From the human T2T-CHM13v2.0 reference genome, Homo sapiens, in the NCBI RefSeq assembly GCF_009914755.1, contig NC_060925.1: 64,000 nt of DNA. One strand, written 5' to 3'. The position numbers and the translations under genes were made by a program. The notes under the pieces are model-generated. The model was not told the DNA's origin. It saw only the letters and a list, made by a program, of their open reading frames with translations, and made no database searches. Below are positions 1 through 13,059 of this stretch, piece by piece. Every line of letters begins with the position of its first letter. Position 1 is the stretch's first letter.

Positions 1-2644
1 TGAAGTCTCCTTAGGAAGATGGAAACATCTAATTGGATGTGTATATTTGAAGTCTAATTTGGGACCATGGAAAATAAATCTTGAATTCTTGTTTTATACC
101 CTCCAGATCAAATATGACATTTGTTTATATTTTAAGACAAATATGCTTTTATCTTAAAGCATGCTACAGAAATATTATCATTTATGTCTACTAGATCTCA
201 CATCATTAGTCTTGTGACAATTTTACATGATTTCTTCATAAAATGAGATGAAAATAAATGTATACATGGTAAAAATCAAGGCCCCAAGAAATAACTAAAG
301 CATGTGAAGAAACAGTGTTTATTAGGCATACAATAAACCTATGGAAATTTCTTCAATTCTTAGATGAGTTCATTGATTTAAAGATTGTTGCTGTTCAAAA
401 AATGTGAGTAATTTATAGCTATTTAAATTGAAAATGACACTGAGTGTAATCAAATATCAGGCTTCCAGTTCTACAATAATTGCCTAAAGGGTCAGTTAGA
501 AGTTGCTTTCCTCTATCAGTTTTGCAGTCTTATACCACTGCTTAGGTACGCTGAACTGTGTGAAGACGATTTAACTAACAGTTCAGAACCTGGAAAAATA
601 CATGATGCCTTATTTTCTGGAACAGTGATCTGACCCAATCTGGGATGGTAAAATTGATATATAATTTAAGATATGAATACTTAAGAGCAAAGGAGACTGA
701 TTCAAAAACTTTTGTCCAACTTGAAAATGAATGCTCAATGAATGTTCAAGATCAGAGTGATCCTGCTATTATTGTAAAATGTACATTTATTTATCACTCT
801 AGTGCTTTTCTAGCTCAGAGTATGCAGTTACTGTGTTTATGTTTAATAACAGCCTTTTATGACAAGCACTGAAGTCTTAGAGTTATCTCATTTTTATTTC
901 AGACACTATTTGTGATCAAAGTACAAAGCAGAAAAGGTCGCACAATAACCTTAGAATTAAGTTGTTTACATCCCCATATATGAGGCAAAAGTAAGTGAAA
1001 ATAGCAAGGGCACTGTAGGCAGCTTAGATTAGGTTGCGTTCCTACTATCTACTTAAAATGTTTTTATGTTTATTTTTCCCCTAGCACTACTGTTAGCAAT
1101 GTCATTTCAAAACCTAATAAAATTCTTCCATTTAAGTTCTTTCCTTCTAAAATGTTTCATCAATCATAGTAAAACTGTGTGCTCTGTCATGGGGTAATTG
1201 CAAATTGGCATACCAAGGTGGGCATCTACATGTCCTTATACTCCTTATCTTCACACTGGGCAAGGATGACAGCCAATTTATTAGTTGAGATACTGTTAAA
1301 CTCATCAAATAAAATACTGTTTTCTGCTTCTGTAATGTTTTCTGTTATGGTATCAAAGTTGTTTCTTTCAAACATCCATTTAAAAATGACTGTGATAGCA
1401 TTATTTTATTTTTGGAGAGAATAAGTCACTCAATTCTATTTTGTGTCTCTTGTTTTCTCACCTATAAAGTGATTATATTAATTATCCAGCTTTCTAATGT
1501 TCTGTAGAATTGTTTTTAGCAAAAAAGAGACAGTGGCTGTAAATAGTCTTAAAAAAAAAACTGTGAAGCTAAAATATCCTTGGATTTTAATAATTAAAAA
1601 CAGAAATGTACCAAATTCAAAATATAGAAATCCTTTTGATGCTTATAATTATCTAGTCCAGAGTTCTAGTAAAATGCAAATATATATTTTGGGAGTTTTT
1701 TAAAATTTACAAGCTAAAGTCATTTAACTCTTAAATCTTGAAAGCAATCATATAAATGTGACCCAATAAAACTAATTTGTATGATACTTTGTTATAAGAA
1801 TAAAATTTAGGCAAAAAACTGACGGATCATTCAATATTAACTATGCTAGAAAAAGAAATATTTGGAGCATTAACTCCTTGTACTTGCTTGTTTATAGTAT
1901 ACAAACTTTGCAGACTAATAGAAGATAAAGCACATAGAACAACACGCTAACATTACACTTATTTCCTGGGAGTTACCCAAACAATCAAGTGTTAATTTAA
2001 AAAAAGAAAAAATTTTTCCTATTTCACAACCCACAAATTTTGTAGCAAGCAGTAAAATAATTTACCAACAAAAAGTATAACTAGAAACTTCTTTTAAATA
2101 ACCTACTCCAAAGACCAATATCTGGATATAACAAGAGATTGTAAGTGTTAAACTCTCCTGTATCCATTTTTACCAATCTTTTATAAAAAGAATTCAATTG
2201 CTAACATTGATTCAGCAACTATTATGTTCTAGGCCAGTAAATTAACTCTGTCATTTAAATATTAAAAGAAACCTTTAAAATGACATTGCCCCCATTTTAT
2301 AGATGAAAATACTAAAAGTACAGACATCTTAAGTCACTCACTGAAGAACACAGCATTAGAGAATGACATAGCTGGCTTTTAAATCTGACAGCTGAGCTGA
2401 CACTCTAAAATATTAAGCAAGGTTTATACTATCTCAAATGAATGTTTTGCCAAAAGAACTATTCTTCAATGAAAAAGTAAGGTTTATTTCATTTTAACAG
2501 TGATGATAGGACAGAACCAAAAAAAAAAAACAAAAACAAAAACAAAAAAACCAAAGCTGTTTGAAATTTTGGTTGGGAAAAGCCATCATGAGATTGGGAA
2601 AACAAATAAGCTACAGAGTCATAAATATAAAGTTTGAATTTTAT

Positions 2645-2961
2645 TGAGATAGCCAGGTGGGAAGAAGCTCTGACAGCCTGTACACTGTGGTGGAGCCATG
2701 GGAAGTTCATGCCCTTTGCAGCGGGGAAGAGCCTGGCCTCTCTCTCCTGTTCTGGGGTGTGGTACCCAGGATTCAATCTGTGATGGGGGAAGCACACTAG
2801 CAGGACTCTGAGTTTGCGGAAAGTCCCTGTTTTCCTTTTTCCTTTTTTTGCCTAATAAATTCCATTATTCTCAACCTTCAAAGTGTCTGCAAACTTAATA
2901 TCTCATGATCATGTGACCAGGACCTGGCTCTTAGCTGAACTAAGGAGAAAGTCCTACAACA
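2645..2961 (+). mobile_element. 5' LTR (MER61-like)
   Basis: TG...CA termini, AATAAA at ~2854, homologous to 7900-8207. Confidence 0.85.
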
Positions 2962-2965
2962 GCTT

Positions 2966-2983
2966 TGGCGCCCAACGTGGGTC
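2966..2983 (+). other. Retroviral primer-binding site, tRNA-Lys(CUU)-type, followed by a splice donor
   Basis: TGGCGCCCAACGTGGGtC, 4 nt after the LTR end, matches the complement of the tRNA-Lys1,2 3' end (TGGCGCCCAACGTGGGGC) at 17/18. CG|GTGAGT donor at 2993/2994. Confidence 0.85.
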
Positions 2984-4757
2984 TTGAGAAGCGGTGAGTA
3001 AAATGGGGACTCAAATCCTCTCACTGTTGCTTCTGAGCCTTTTCATCCTTGGTCTTCTGAGGGTAGGAGAAACTGTGCCCCCACCCTCATTGTTCCCAGG
3101 GGTCAGGGGCCATTCCATGGTCTTTTCCTTCCTCTTTTTGGAATGGACAGATGAGCAGGGGCTCCTCACTCCCCCTCCTCTTCCAGGTGGGCCTGGGGAA
3201 TGCCACGCATTCACATCTTCCCCTTCCCTGGCCAAGGGCTTCAACTCCATCGGACAGTAATTAAGCTTCTCTCCCTGGTGGTGGAGGCACCATTTGAATA
3301 AGAATAAGAGGTTCTTCTCCCAGGCATTCTTTTTTCTTTTCCACCCTATCAGTCAGCAGTTAACTTTTAAGCTAGTTTTTTTTTCTTTTTCTTTCTTTTT
3401 TTTTTTTTCATTTAGAAGACATTTTACTAGGCTAGGAATGATAAAAAAAAAATCCCTGTTTATATTCTTTAAATTTTTAGTTGTGACAAAGGATCTTATG
3501 GGGACTGGGTTTTCTCCTGCCTCTGTGTAGTATGCGTTGTGTACGTGACATCTGTAATAAGAGGTCTAATTAATTGGCCTAAAGGAAGACAAGTGCTTGG
3601 ATCAAATATTTTTTAAAGGAAAGTTAAAAGGTGTGGTACCTTTCAGTTCACATGACTTTAATCTTTGAGAAATAAAAACAGCCTTAAAAATTATTGGTAA
3701 AAAGCAGATGTCATCAAAATGTAAATAGGTGGACTAAATTATGCAGGTTAGGTACTAGGCTTGCTAAATGTTTTGAGGCTATAAACTGCTTTGGGGTTTT
3801 GAGAACTATCTGACTTGCCAGTTTCACAATTAGTAAGACATGGGGTAAAATGGAACATACCACACCCTTAATTATGCTGGAAGGAGTCAAACCTTGGCTG
3901 CACCTAGCACACAATTAAAACAACTTACCAGGTTTTACATTAAATTTTAAATTGCTAGGAGTTACCTTTATAATGTGTAATTGAAACTACTGAGAATAGA
4001 TTTACATGCAAAGTGTGCAAGAACAGTAAAAATGTGTTTTTAGTAAATGGTTATAATAAAGGCATAGAAATGTAAATTTTTGTTCAGGGTTAAAGGATTG
4101 TATTCAGTCACATAAGATAAAGCTGAAGGTTCAAACAAGCAGTGGAAAGATTGTGGAAATTAATCTTGTGGAAGAGGTTCTCTGTGTGAACATACTGACT
4201 AAATTCAAAAGGGTATTATGGTTTTTCTGTAAATCAAACATTGAAATAAAAGCACAACAAGGATTTCTTAAGACATTAATCTGCTCTTTGGCAAAATTTG
4301 TAAAAGGTTATAAAAGGTTTTTGCTACTTTAAAATTTTCGAGTCATCATTTTGCCAAAAAAAAAATAATAACTTATGGTGATCTGGAATTCTATTTCATA
4401 ACATCAAGTGTTTTAAACTGCTACCATATTTAACAGCCTTCCCAAAATCAAACTTCGGCTCCAAAATTGTCTTTCTTGACACCTGGCTTTTCTGAGGCTC
4501 CAGAGGGTGCTTGGAGTGTCCAGAAGAGAAAGGTAAACAAGATTATTTGACATGTTTAGGTACATGAGATTGCCAAAATGATGTTCAATCTTCTTTAGAT
4601 TATATTTTTGTGAATAAAGCTAACATATATTCCAAAATTATATGGGATTTCTAAGATTCTAATGTCTGATTACATGCATCAATTATAATTAAGGTTGTTA
4701 TGATGTCACTGTAAGCTACAGAGATAACCAAACTTTTTTGTCAATTGTGTTTCCAAC

Positions 4758-5289
4758 TGTGGGAGTTCAGTCAGGCTGGTGGGAAATATTTTAAAAATAG
4801 TTATAGAAATAGAAACAAACCTTCTTGGAAGGCCAGAGGGTTTGCATAAGCTGCAGTAATAGATCAGGCTGGAGGCAGCCTAATCCTTACCTTAAGTAAA
4901 TAGTTTAAAGTAGATACAAAGGAATGTATAGTAGTTTATCTAAATAGCTTGTTTACTCATGCGGTCCTAAAACCAACCTTTGATCAACCAGGGATGCATA
5001 ATCGCTCTCTACTGGGGTGGAGGGCGGGGGGGGGTGGGGGGGAGACGGGGGTCGGCAATCAGTTCAATTACCCTCTAGTGGTATTTACTCAAGACCTTTG
5101 TCATTTAATCTATACTGAATAAATGCAAACTTCACTGGCTGAACAGGGCTGCAGCTGCTACTCTTTATAGCACCTTCTTTGGTGTCTGTGAGGAGCCCGG
5201 GTTGCTAGCTGGACTGATAGGGAAAATATCTGTGTCAGTGTACTTTATTCATCTGTCATTGGGTCAGGGTCTGCAGGATGGATCCTGCA
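4758..5289 (+). mobile_element. Solo LTR (LTR22-like, HML-5/ERVK class) inserted in the provirus internal region
   Basis: TGTGGGAGTTCAGTCAGGCTGGTGGGAAA...GGGTCAGGGTCTGCAGGATGGATCCTGCA; perfect 6-bp TSD TCCAAC at 4752-4757 and 5290-5295; AATAAA at ~5118. Confidence 0.85.
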
Positions 5290-7796
5290 TCCAACTGTAA
5301 CTCCCATGAAAATTTGTTATTCACAGACGATTGTTATCTGGTTTTAATCCTTTTCAAAAGATGGCTTATAATAAGCTACAGAATTTTGACAGATGCTCTC
5401 AAATACAAGTTTCTGATAACTTTGTTGATTTTAATATTGGAATAAAGGAAAAGTGTACAGGACTTATGAGGAGCTGAAATGTTCAAGAATATCAAGCAAA
5501 TCAAGAACTAAATTGACTGAACTCAGAAAGCTGAAGCAATCTTTTTGACTTTTGATTGGAATATTGCTGATCTTTGTTTTGTTTTTCAGAGTCAAGGGGA
5601 TTTATTTTGAACTATTTACAGCCTTTAATAATTGAGTAAGGTATATTCCTGTGAACAAAATTTGGAGCATATTTGTCTCTCTTTCTCCCTGGCTTCTCCA
5701 GAATTTGGAAACTATCTGTGAGTATTCTTAACTTATGGCAATATCATCATTTGCAACAGTGCAATAAGAATCCATTTTTCTTTTGCAACAGGACACAACT
5801 GTAGAAACTCGTTGTTTTATCAAAGCTTTGACTGGAAGGGTATGTTTCCTTTTAAGAGGCCAAGTTCAACTTGCAGAGCTGATAAAAGCCTCTTGGGGAG
5901 AAACTTGCCTAGACAGTCCCTGTACAGGGTTCCTGACTGGTGGTCAATAAAGAATATCACTTTCTAACAGGTCCAGGAGCTCCAAGTTTATCTTGGGACC
6001 TTAAGAGACAGGATCACCCAACTCACAGATATTTGAGGATACAAACCTATGGCTGGGCTCGGCTTTAAAAGGTCTTATTTGAGATTCCTTGTGGAACAGA
6101 GTTTCATCAAAGCCAATCCAAAGGTGTGAGGAAATAGTTACTCTTGCTGCACTTCATTCAAATAATCAGGACAAGTATAAGACTAAAGTCTGTTTTGCAA
6201 ATGACTCAGTCCTTTGATGATGATTTGTGGGTTTTTTTTTTTTTTAACAAAAATGAGGACTGGAGAGAGAGAAATTATGTTTCAAAACTTATCATACATT
6301 TGTCATTAATTGTTCTTAAGTTTTCACCTACATTTTAGAGTAACCCTTCTTGTTCCTGTGAACCAACCATCAACTTCCAGCTGCAGTTCAGAAAGAACAA
6401 GAGGGATGGGCAATGTAAAAATCTGGATCAATACTCTAGTTCTGAGCAATTATCCTGCAAATCCTGCCAGGTGATGGGAATAAATAGAATGCTCACCACT
6501 TGGAGGTTTCCTTTTTTGGGAAAGTAAAACCAAGGGAGCTAACCATAGCCAAGCACCATGCACCCAAATCCTAGCAAGCGTAACTGCAGCTACCAGTTAT
6601 CTGGGTGTGTCACAAGACATCCTTTTCTCTTCCTTCTTGGAGGAAGACTCAGTTCCACATTTTCACCTTAGCAGCTGGCTTATGTTAAGGAGTCCATGCA
6701 ACTCCTCCCCCAAGACACATTTTTGTCCAAAACTCAATTCTAAGTTTTGGGTCAAAGCCCTAGGAAGGAAAATTGGATCTAAAGGATCCAGATGAAGATG
6801 ACAACAGATGTTAAAAGGCAGAGTGCAGGTAAGCATGGCTAATTAAGCCATTAAGCCAATTAAGCCAAGTCTCCCATTTCATGGATAAAGGTCATGCTAG
6901 TATCTGTAGCATAAATGAGGTCTAGGGAACTCCAAAGCTACTGATAGTAGGTGGGATAGAGACATAGGTGAGAGTGGATAATTCCTATTCTCTAGCCCCT
7001 CCCTGTGTCATGGGTGCAAGCCACTTTGGCACCAATGCCAGCATGTGCCAAGGTCACCAGGACACAGGAATGCAAGGACAGAAGAGGGAAAAAGGATGCT
7101 CTTCCCTCTCTCCCTCATGTACCCCAGGTATCTGCTAGGAAGAGAAGGAAACAAGGGATGCCTGCTCCCCTTTTCCTAGATGGATAGGCATTAATCTTCA
7201 GTCTGTACCACTTTTGAATGCACCCTGAACCCCTGGGACTCCATTGAAAAAATCTCTTTGTTTTTCCCTTTCTCCTCCTCTGTCCTCTCTTCACAGATAG
7301 GCAATTGTGTCTCAGTACTATGGGACACTCCCCTCAGATGCATCCTCCAAACTGGGAAAAGTTAATTTCCCAAGCTGTAAACTGGTTGGTTTAGGATTGG
7401 GCTCAGGGGAAGGGAATGCAGAAGGCCAACATGATGACAAAAGGGTAAAGTGTTTTTACCAGTCGGGCTTTTGGTCTCCCTCTCCCTATGCAAACTGGTA
7501 AAAGGCCTTGGGATTTTTGAGCCATCCTTACCCCTCCCCTTGTTCTGTTTTGATAAATGTTTTCTAATAACCCCGTTTGTCTCTTCTTGCCTTCAGGGCA
7601 TGAAACTCCAAATGGTCATGCAGTCATGTGACTGGAGCCTTGGAAAATGGCCCCTTCTGCTGGGAACCCTTAGATAGGCCTCTAAGAAAACTCTTGACTG
7701 CTATTTTCCCCAAACAGCACCCCCTGACAGCAGGAAGCAGTTAAGATAGGTCTTTGACCTTATCCTTATCCTTATTCTGACAGCAGTTAGATATAC

Positions 7797-7888
7797 TTCT
7801 TTTTTTTATTATTATTATACTTTAAGTTTTAGGATACATGTGCATAACGTGCAGGTTTGTTACATATGTATACATGTGTCATGTTGGT
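7797..7888 (-). mobile_element. Extremely 5'-truncated L1PA 3' end (~70 nt + tail) just before the ERV polypurine tract
   Basis: TTATACTTTAAGTTTTAGG(A)TACATGTGCA.AACGTGCAGGTTTGTTACATATGTATACATGTG.CATGTTGGT has the same pattern as the L1PA end at 50343-50415. Confidence 0.9.
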
Positions 7889-7899
7889 AGAGAGGGGAA

Positions 7900-8207
7900 T
7901 GAGAGAGCCAGGTGGGAATGGCTCCCTGGAAGAACCTCAGATGACCTGCACACTAGGGTGGAGCCATGGGAAGTTCACACCCTTTGCAGGGGGGAAAAGC
8001 CTGGCCTCTCTCCCCTGTTCTGGGGTATGGTACCTGGGATTCAATCGGCAAGGCAGGAAGCACACTAGCAGGACTCTGGTTTTGTAGAAAGTCCCTGTTT
8101 CCCTTTATTCCATTATTCTCATCCTTCAAAGTATCTGTGAGCCTAATGTCATGGCCGTGTGGCCAAGATCCGGCTCCCAGCTGAACTAAGGAGAAAGTCC
8201 TACAATA
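7900..8207 (+). mobile_element. 3' LTR (MER61-like), preceded by PPT AGAGAGGGGAA (7889-7899)
   Basis: Homologous to the 5' LTR, with a purine tract immediately upstream. Confidence 0.85.
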
Positions 8208-8274
8208 CTATGTGACTTGTTCAGATTTAGTTTCCTCATTTTCAAATGGAATTAATGATGTTCACTGCAGGATT

Positions 8275-8565
8275 TGTTGTTTTTGAGATGGAGTTTTGCT
8301 CTTGTTGTCCAGGCTGGAGTGCAGTGGTATGATCTCAGCCCACGGCAACCTCCTCCTCCAGGTTCAAGTGGTTCTCCTGCCTCAGCCTCCCGAGTAGCTG
8401 GGATTACAGGCATGTGCCACCATGCCCAGCTAATTTTTTGTATTTAGTAGAGATGGGGTTTCACCATGTCAGTCAGGCTGATCTCCAACTCCTGACCTTA
8501 GGTGATGCACCTGCCTCAGCCTCCCAAAGTACTGAGATTACAGGTGTGCACCACCGTGCCCAGCC
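8275..8565 (-). mobile_element. Alu (AluS-type), inserted in a MIR remnant
   Basis: Full dimeric Alu reverse complement with AGGATT-like TSD. Flanks (8210-8270, 8566-8640) resemble the MIR core (AGTTTCCTCATTTTCAAATGG). Confidence 0.93.
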
Positions 8566-11019
8566 AGGATTATTTTAAGGATTAAAAAACCTTAAATATC
8601 CTAAAGTAGCACATGTAGATGCCATACAAATAGTATGGATTATAAAGCATGCTAACTTTTGAATAACTATGTGGGAAATAATTATCCTTCATTTGCTACT
8701 TATGTTATGGAATCCTATCTCTATTCATGTAAAACCTGTATTTATCTCCATGGCATATCACCATGATGAAAAAGCCTGACTGGATTTTATGTCAGTATGA
8801 ATGCTTAGCTCTAATATTTATGGAGGAATCTCCAGTAAAGCAACATTAGAAACTTAGAATTGTGTAATTCTAACATTGTAATTAATAGACCTCATAAATA
8901 TTACAGATTTAAAAGGTTTCTAATATATTTAGAAGAAATGTAAATTGCAAAGATTTTTAAAATAATAAAATCCGAAACATGAGTCTCTTCCATAAAATAT
9001 AAGAGGCAATGGTTTCAGTCCTGTAACAACTCTTTATAATTTAAGTACTGTACACATTTATCTCTAGAACACTGATATGCATTTGTTGAATTAGAAAGGG
9101 AACATATTGGGAAATAAAATTTAGTATTATTATTTTTAAGTTGTAGAGGACAGTGTTGGCTATTTGGTTTCATAAATGAATCTGCTTATTGCCGAAGCAT
9201 TCTCAAATTCTATTCAATTTTCTGTTTTCTGGTTCTGCAACAGTTCTGTTTTCCAATTAGTTTCTCAAATTGTAAGACCTTTCACATAATTTCATGGCCA
9301 ACATACATTTGCATACGGTTCCCACCAAATGTCTTTTGTATCACAGTGGTGTTCCATCTGTTGTTGCTGCATATCCCAGTCTGCACCAAAAGTGTGGGAA
9401 GTTTGGTTGAGGAATAAGGCTGCCAATGGACCCTGCTCTTACCAGGTGCAGGCCTCTCAGCTATGAACATAGGACTGATTTCGGTTGCAAAGCACATACT
9501 TCTGTAGTTTTAAAGGAAGCCAGACAGGTGGTACCCTTAGGCTGTTAGCATTAGCATTTTCTCTCAAATATCATTTCCTCCTTTAACTCCTTTGTTTTCC
9601 TTCCAGATTTAGTCTTTTTTCCTTAGGAACTAGTTTCAAGGCATTTTTAAAAATAGATTCTTAATTTGGTTCATATTTTAGAATTAAACCAAGAACTACT
9701 CTTACTTTCAAATTTGTGTGTTTTTTTAAAATGAGTTTATTTTTACTCCATATAACAGAGTAAATGTCTGGTGATTCCCTTCATATATATGTATAAGCAT
9801 TATATATAAGCTATACTACTGTATATAAAGAGAGACTGCCTTCAGTTCTAAATAATTGAATGATTATTTATGAATGTTCTACTTATAATTTTAAATATTA
9901 TTTTAAAACGTTTCACATAAGCATATGTAGTTTTAAAAGATATTCTTAAGACTGCACTTAAAGTTTCAAATAAGGAATACTTTATGAGCAAGTATGATAC
10001 ATTAAAAATACAAATTAAATAAAATGTAACACACGCAAATCTCTCCTAAGTGATATACGATGTATCATAGGAAAATAATTAAATGTCAATATAAATAAGT
10101 AAATTGGTAATATATATTATCTTAAATAATATAATTACTATACATATTATCTTAAATAAGATAATCATATATATATATATATGTTAGCCTGAGCATACAA
10201 GATACAATTTTTCAGCAAATTTTGCCATTTATAATAAATTGAATTGCTTATTATCCTTCTTAACTTATAAAAAGTGCTAAAATATCCACTGGTGCTAAAG
10301 TGGTTTTGTTTTATGTTTCTTTTCTTATATACTCTTGTATTCTGTAATTCCCCTTTTCAATAATGCCAGGAAGATATTTTACTGTTCTAATAAATAAACT
10401 AAGGCTAGAACAACTGACTAAATCCTTTGGTAGTTATGGGCTTTACTTGGATTTCATTATTGAGAATATATTTATAGCAATCTTTAGATGAAAATATAGC
10501 TTCTTTCTTTGTTTGATTCAATACACTGCATGTGTGCAAGAGCACACACACACCCCTCCCTCCAGCACCCCACGCAAGCCTGTACAGCCACAGCAATCCA
10601 CTCTGTCATGTTGTCTTCCTGTTCCTCCCTCAAACACGCATATAAATGTTATTTTCCAGTTTATCTTCAGTGCAAAATATTTTACTTAATTTCTATGCTT
10701 GGAGTGACTCTTCTGATTTTAAATTATTTAATAATTGCCTACAAAGATGGGAGGAGAAGTCATAACCTTCTATGTATATCAGCCTGTGGATCCTGGTGAA
10801 TTTTAGAACAATAGTACTATGGTCTATCTTCTTCTACATTTTCAGTTATTTATTGACAAACGAATTGTCTCATTTTGATTTAAGCATGATTTTATAATAT
10901 CTCTTTTAAAAATGTGGCTCCAAAACCCTAAGAGATTGAAAAAGAAAAGAAAGGAAATGTACACAAATGACATTTTTTACTTTTATACATTATACTCAAG
11001 GAAACATCCTCAGTTACCA

Positions 11020-11513
11020 TATTATTTTCCTATTGCTGCTATAATGAAATACCACAAATTTTATGTCTATAAAAACACAGGTGTATTATCATACAGATTT
11101 AGACGTTGGAGACCAAAATGTGTTACACTGGGCTAAAATGTGTCAGCTGGGTTGACCTCTTTTCAGGAAATTCTAGAGGATAATCTATTTTATTGACTTT
11201 TCTGGCTTCTAGAGGCTGCAAGTGTTCCTTAGCTCATGGCCTTCCACTTTCAAAGCCAGAAATGGCTGATTGAATCTTTCTCATATCACCTCAATCTGAC
11301 ACTAACTCTTCTGCCTCCTCTTCCACATTTTAGGACACTTGTTTTACATTGGGCCCATTTAGATAATTCAGGATAATCGACTATTTTGAGGTCACATAGT
11401 TAGCAATCTTAATTCCATAGAGAATATTATTTCCCTCTTGCCATGTAACATATTTGTAGTTTTTGAGAATTAAGGAATGGGCATCTTTAGGGGGCCATTA
11501 TTCTGCCTATCAT
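11020..11513 (-). mobile_element. MaLR LTR (MLT1C/D/E-like)
   Basis: Typical MLT1 ends: TTTCCTATTGCTGCTATAA..ATACCACAAA and GGCATCTTTAGGGGGCCATTATTCTGCCTA. Confidence 0.75.
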
Positions 11514-13059
11514 AGTTACCTGTTTCATATGGTGAATAAATATGAACAAAACCAACAAACAGACTGTAGTGGGCAGGTAAAATTTTGTCTTTTTACTCCT
11601 ATTACAATCATAGAGAGAAAAATGTGGAGAAATTCACTTTCCTATCTAGTCATAAATTAGAATTGGCAGTTTCTTTAGTAATTATCAGGTAATCCTCACT
11701 CTTGACCACCATTTGTTTCTGGATATAACTGTAGTGAGTGGGACCAAAATGATGTATGAGTTGAAACTCTGATGAAGAAAGTATTAATTACTGCTTAGAA
11801 TAAGTACTTCATGATACTAATAATATTATAATTAGAATATAGGAACAATGATGGTAAATCCTATATTTAAAAAACAAATGAGAATTATGATGCCATATGT
11901 CACCCAGATGGACAGTGGGAGATGCCTTGATATTAAGACCTCTTTGTCCCTTAAACAATTATCTGTCTATCCCAACTCCTATCATCCACTTAAAGACCCT
12001 CTTAAATGGTCTTACATGAACTCTTCAGTTGACCCCTTATAATTATGTAGGCCCAGGATGACATCTGACTTTGCCACTACTGCAATTTCTTAAACTCTAA
12101 AATACAGACTAAAACCCAACTCAGGGGTTATCTTGATATTTACATGAATTATTATATATAAGCTTTTAAACTTATGCCTCAATAGTATGCATTTGTCAAA
12201 AACACTATAGAGTCACTATTTTGCGCTGGGCAAGGTATTATAATTATTATTATATATATTTCATAGATAATGGAACTAAGAGCAACCTAGTATTTAGAAT
12301 AAAAGGACTATGCTTATAGTGACAAGAGACACAAAGTTTTGAAACACTTTCTTTTTGGTACAGGGATCAGATTTACCCTCTGAACAGAAACAAACATCAT
12401 TAGTAGCAGCAACAAAAACAATCACTGCCAGAAAAAAATACATGAAAGGGTGACTTTCAAGATACTGGACAACAGTCATCAAAAAACAGTAATCCCTGAA
12501 AGATAAGTTTAAAAAATGAGATAAACTATTAATACATGACTGCCCCAGCTTACTGCTTTGAGAGAGTTCAAGAGGCTATGACTTAGATAGAGACTGATGG
12601 ATTCCCTGTGCTAAGTAAATGGAGTTAACAGTCCCAGAAGAACAAGGTGACTAGAGTTTACAGGACAGAAACAAACAAGCAAAAACATGAGAGAAAGAAT
12701 CTAGATAACTGCAGAGGTCCCCTTGTAGATTCAGCAAAGTACAATAAATAAGTGCTGCATACTACAAGTGAGGAAAGAACCATCTGAAAGCATAATAGTG
12801 AGCAATATCTCTTGCTCATGTAGCAACAGCTTCTGTTCTCACAAACAAGATGGAAAATAGGACATTGGGTAGAATGTTTAATAGAATTGGGCTTCAGTAT
12901 TTTTTTCACTTGTTAAAAATTAAATATAGATATGAAATATTAAGAAAACAAAATAAAATGAAAAAAAATCCTCTATAAAGTCTTCAACATCTTAGGTGAA
13001 AAATAACCTATATGTCTGTTTTAGTTTTTCATTAATTTAGTTTTTATGCTCATGAGCTA

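Larger units (their letters stand above)
2645..8207 (+). mobile_element. Non-autonomous ERV1-class (MER4-group, MER61-like) provirus with both LTRs, antisense to ADGRL4
   Basis: Direct repeats TGAGA(T/G)AGCCAGGTGGGAA...GCTGAACTAAGGAGAAAGTCCTACAA(C/T)A at 2645-2961 and 7900-8207. PBS follows the 5' LTR, polypurine tract precedes the 3' LTR, and flanks TTAT/CTAT form an imperfect 4-bp TSD. The AT-rich internal region has no gag/pol/env ORF. Confidence 0.88.

Noticed and set aside
2645-2961. p53 response element expected for some MER61 subfamilies
   Set aside because: No paired RRRCWWGYYY decamers were seen in either LTR.
9443-9501. 59-nt minus-strand segment bounded by CTACAG and GTAAGA (possible micro-exon)
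   Set aside because: Weak pyrimidine tract, in-frame stop and frame-shifting length; indistinguishable from background pseudo-exons.
10111-10182. 30-bp tandem duplication with a 9-bp hairpin next to (TA)n
   Set aside because: Ordinary slippage product in AT-rich low-complexity DNA.
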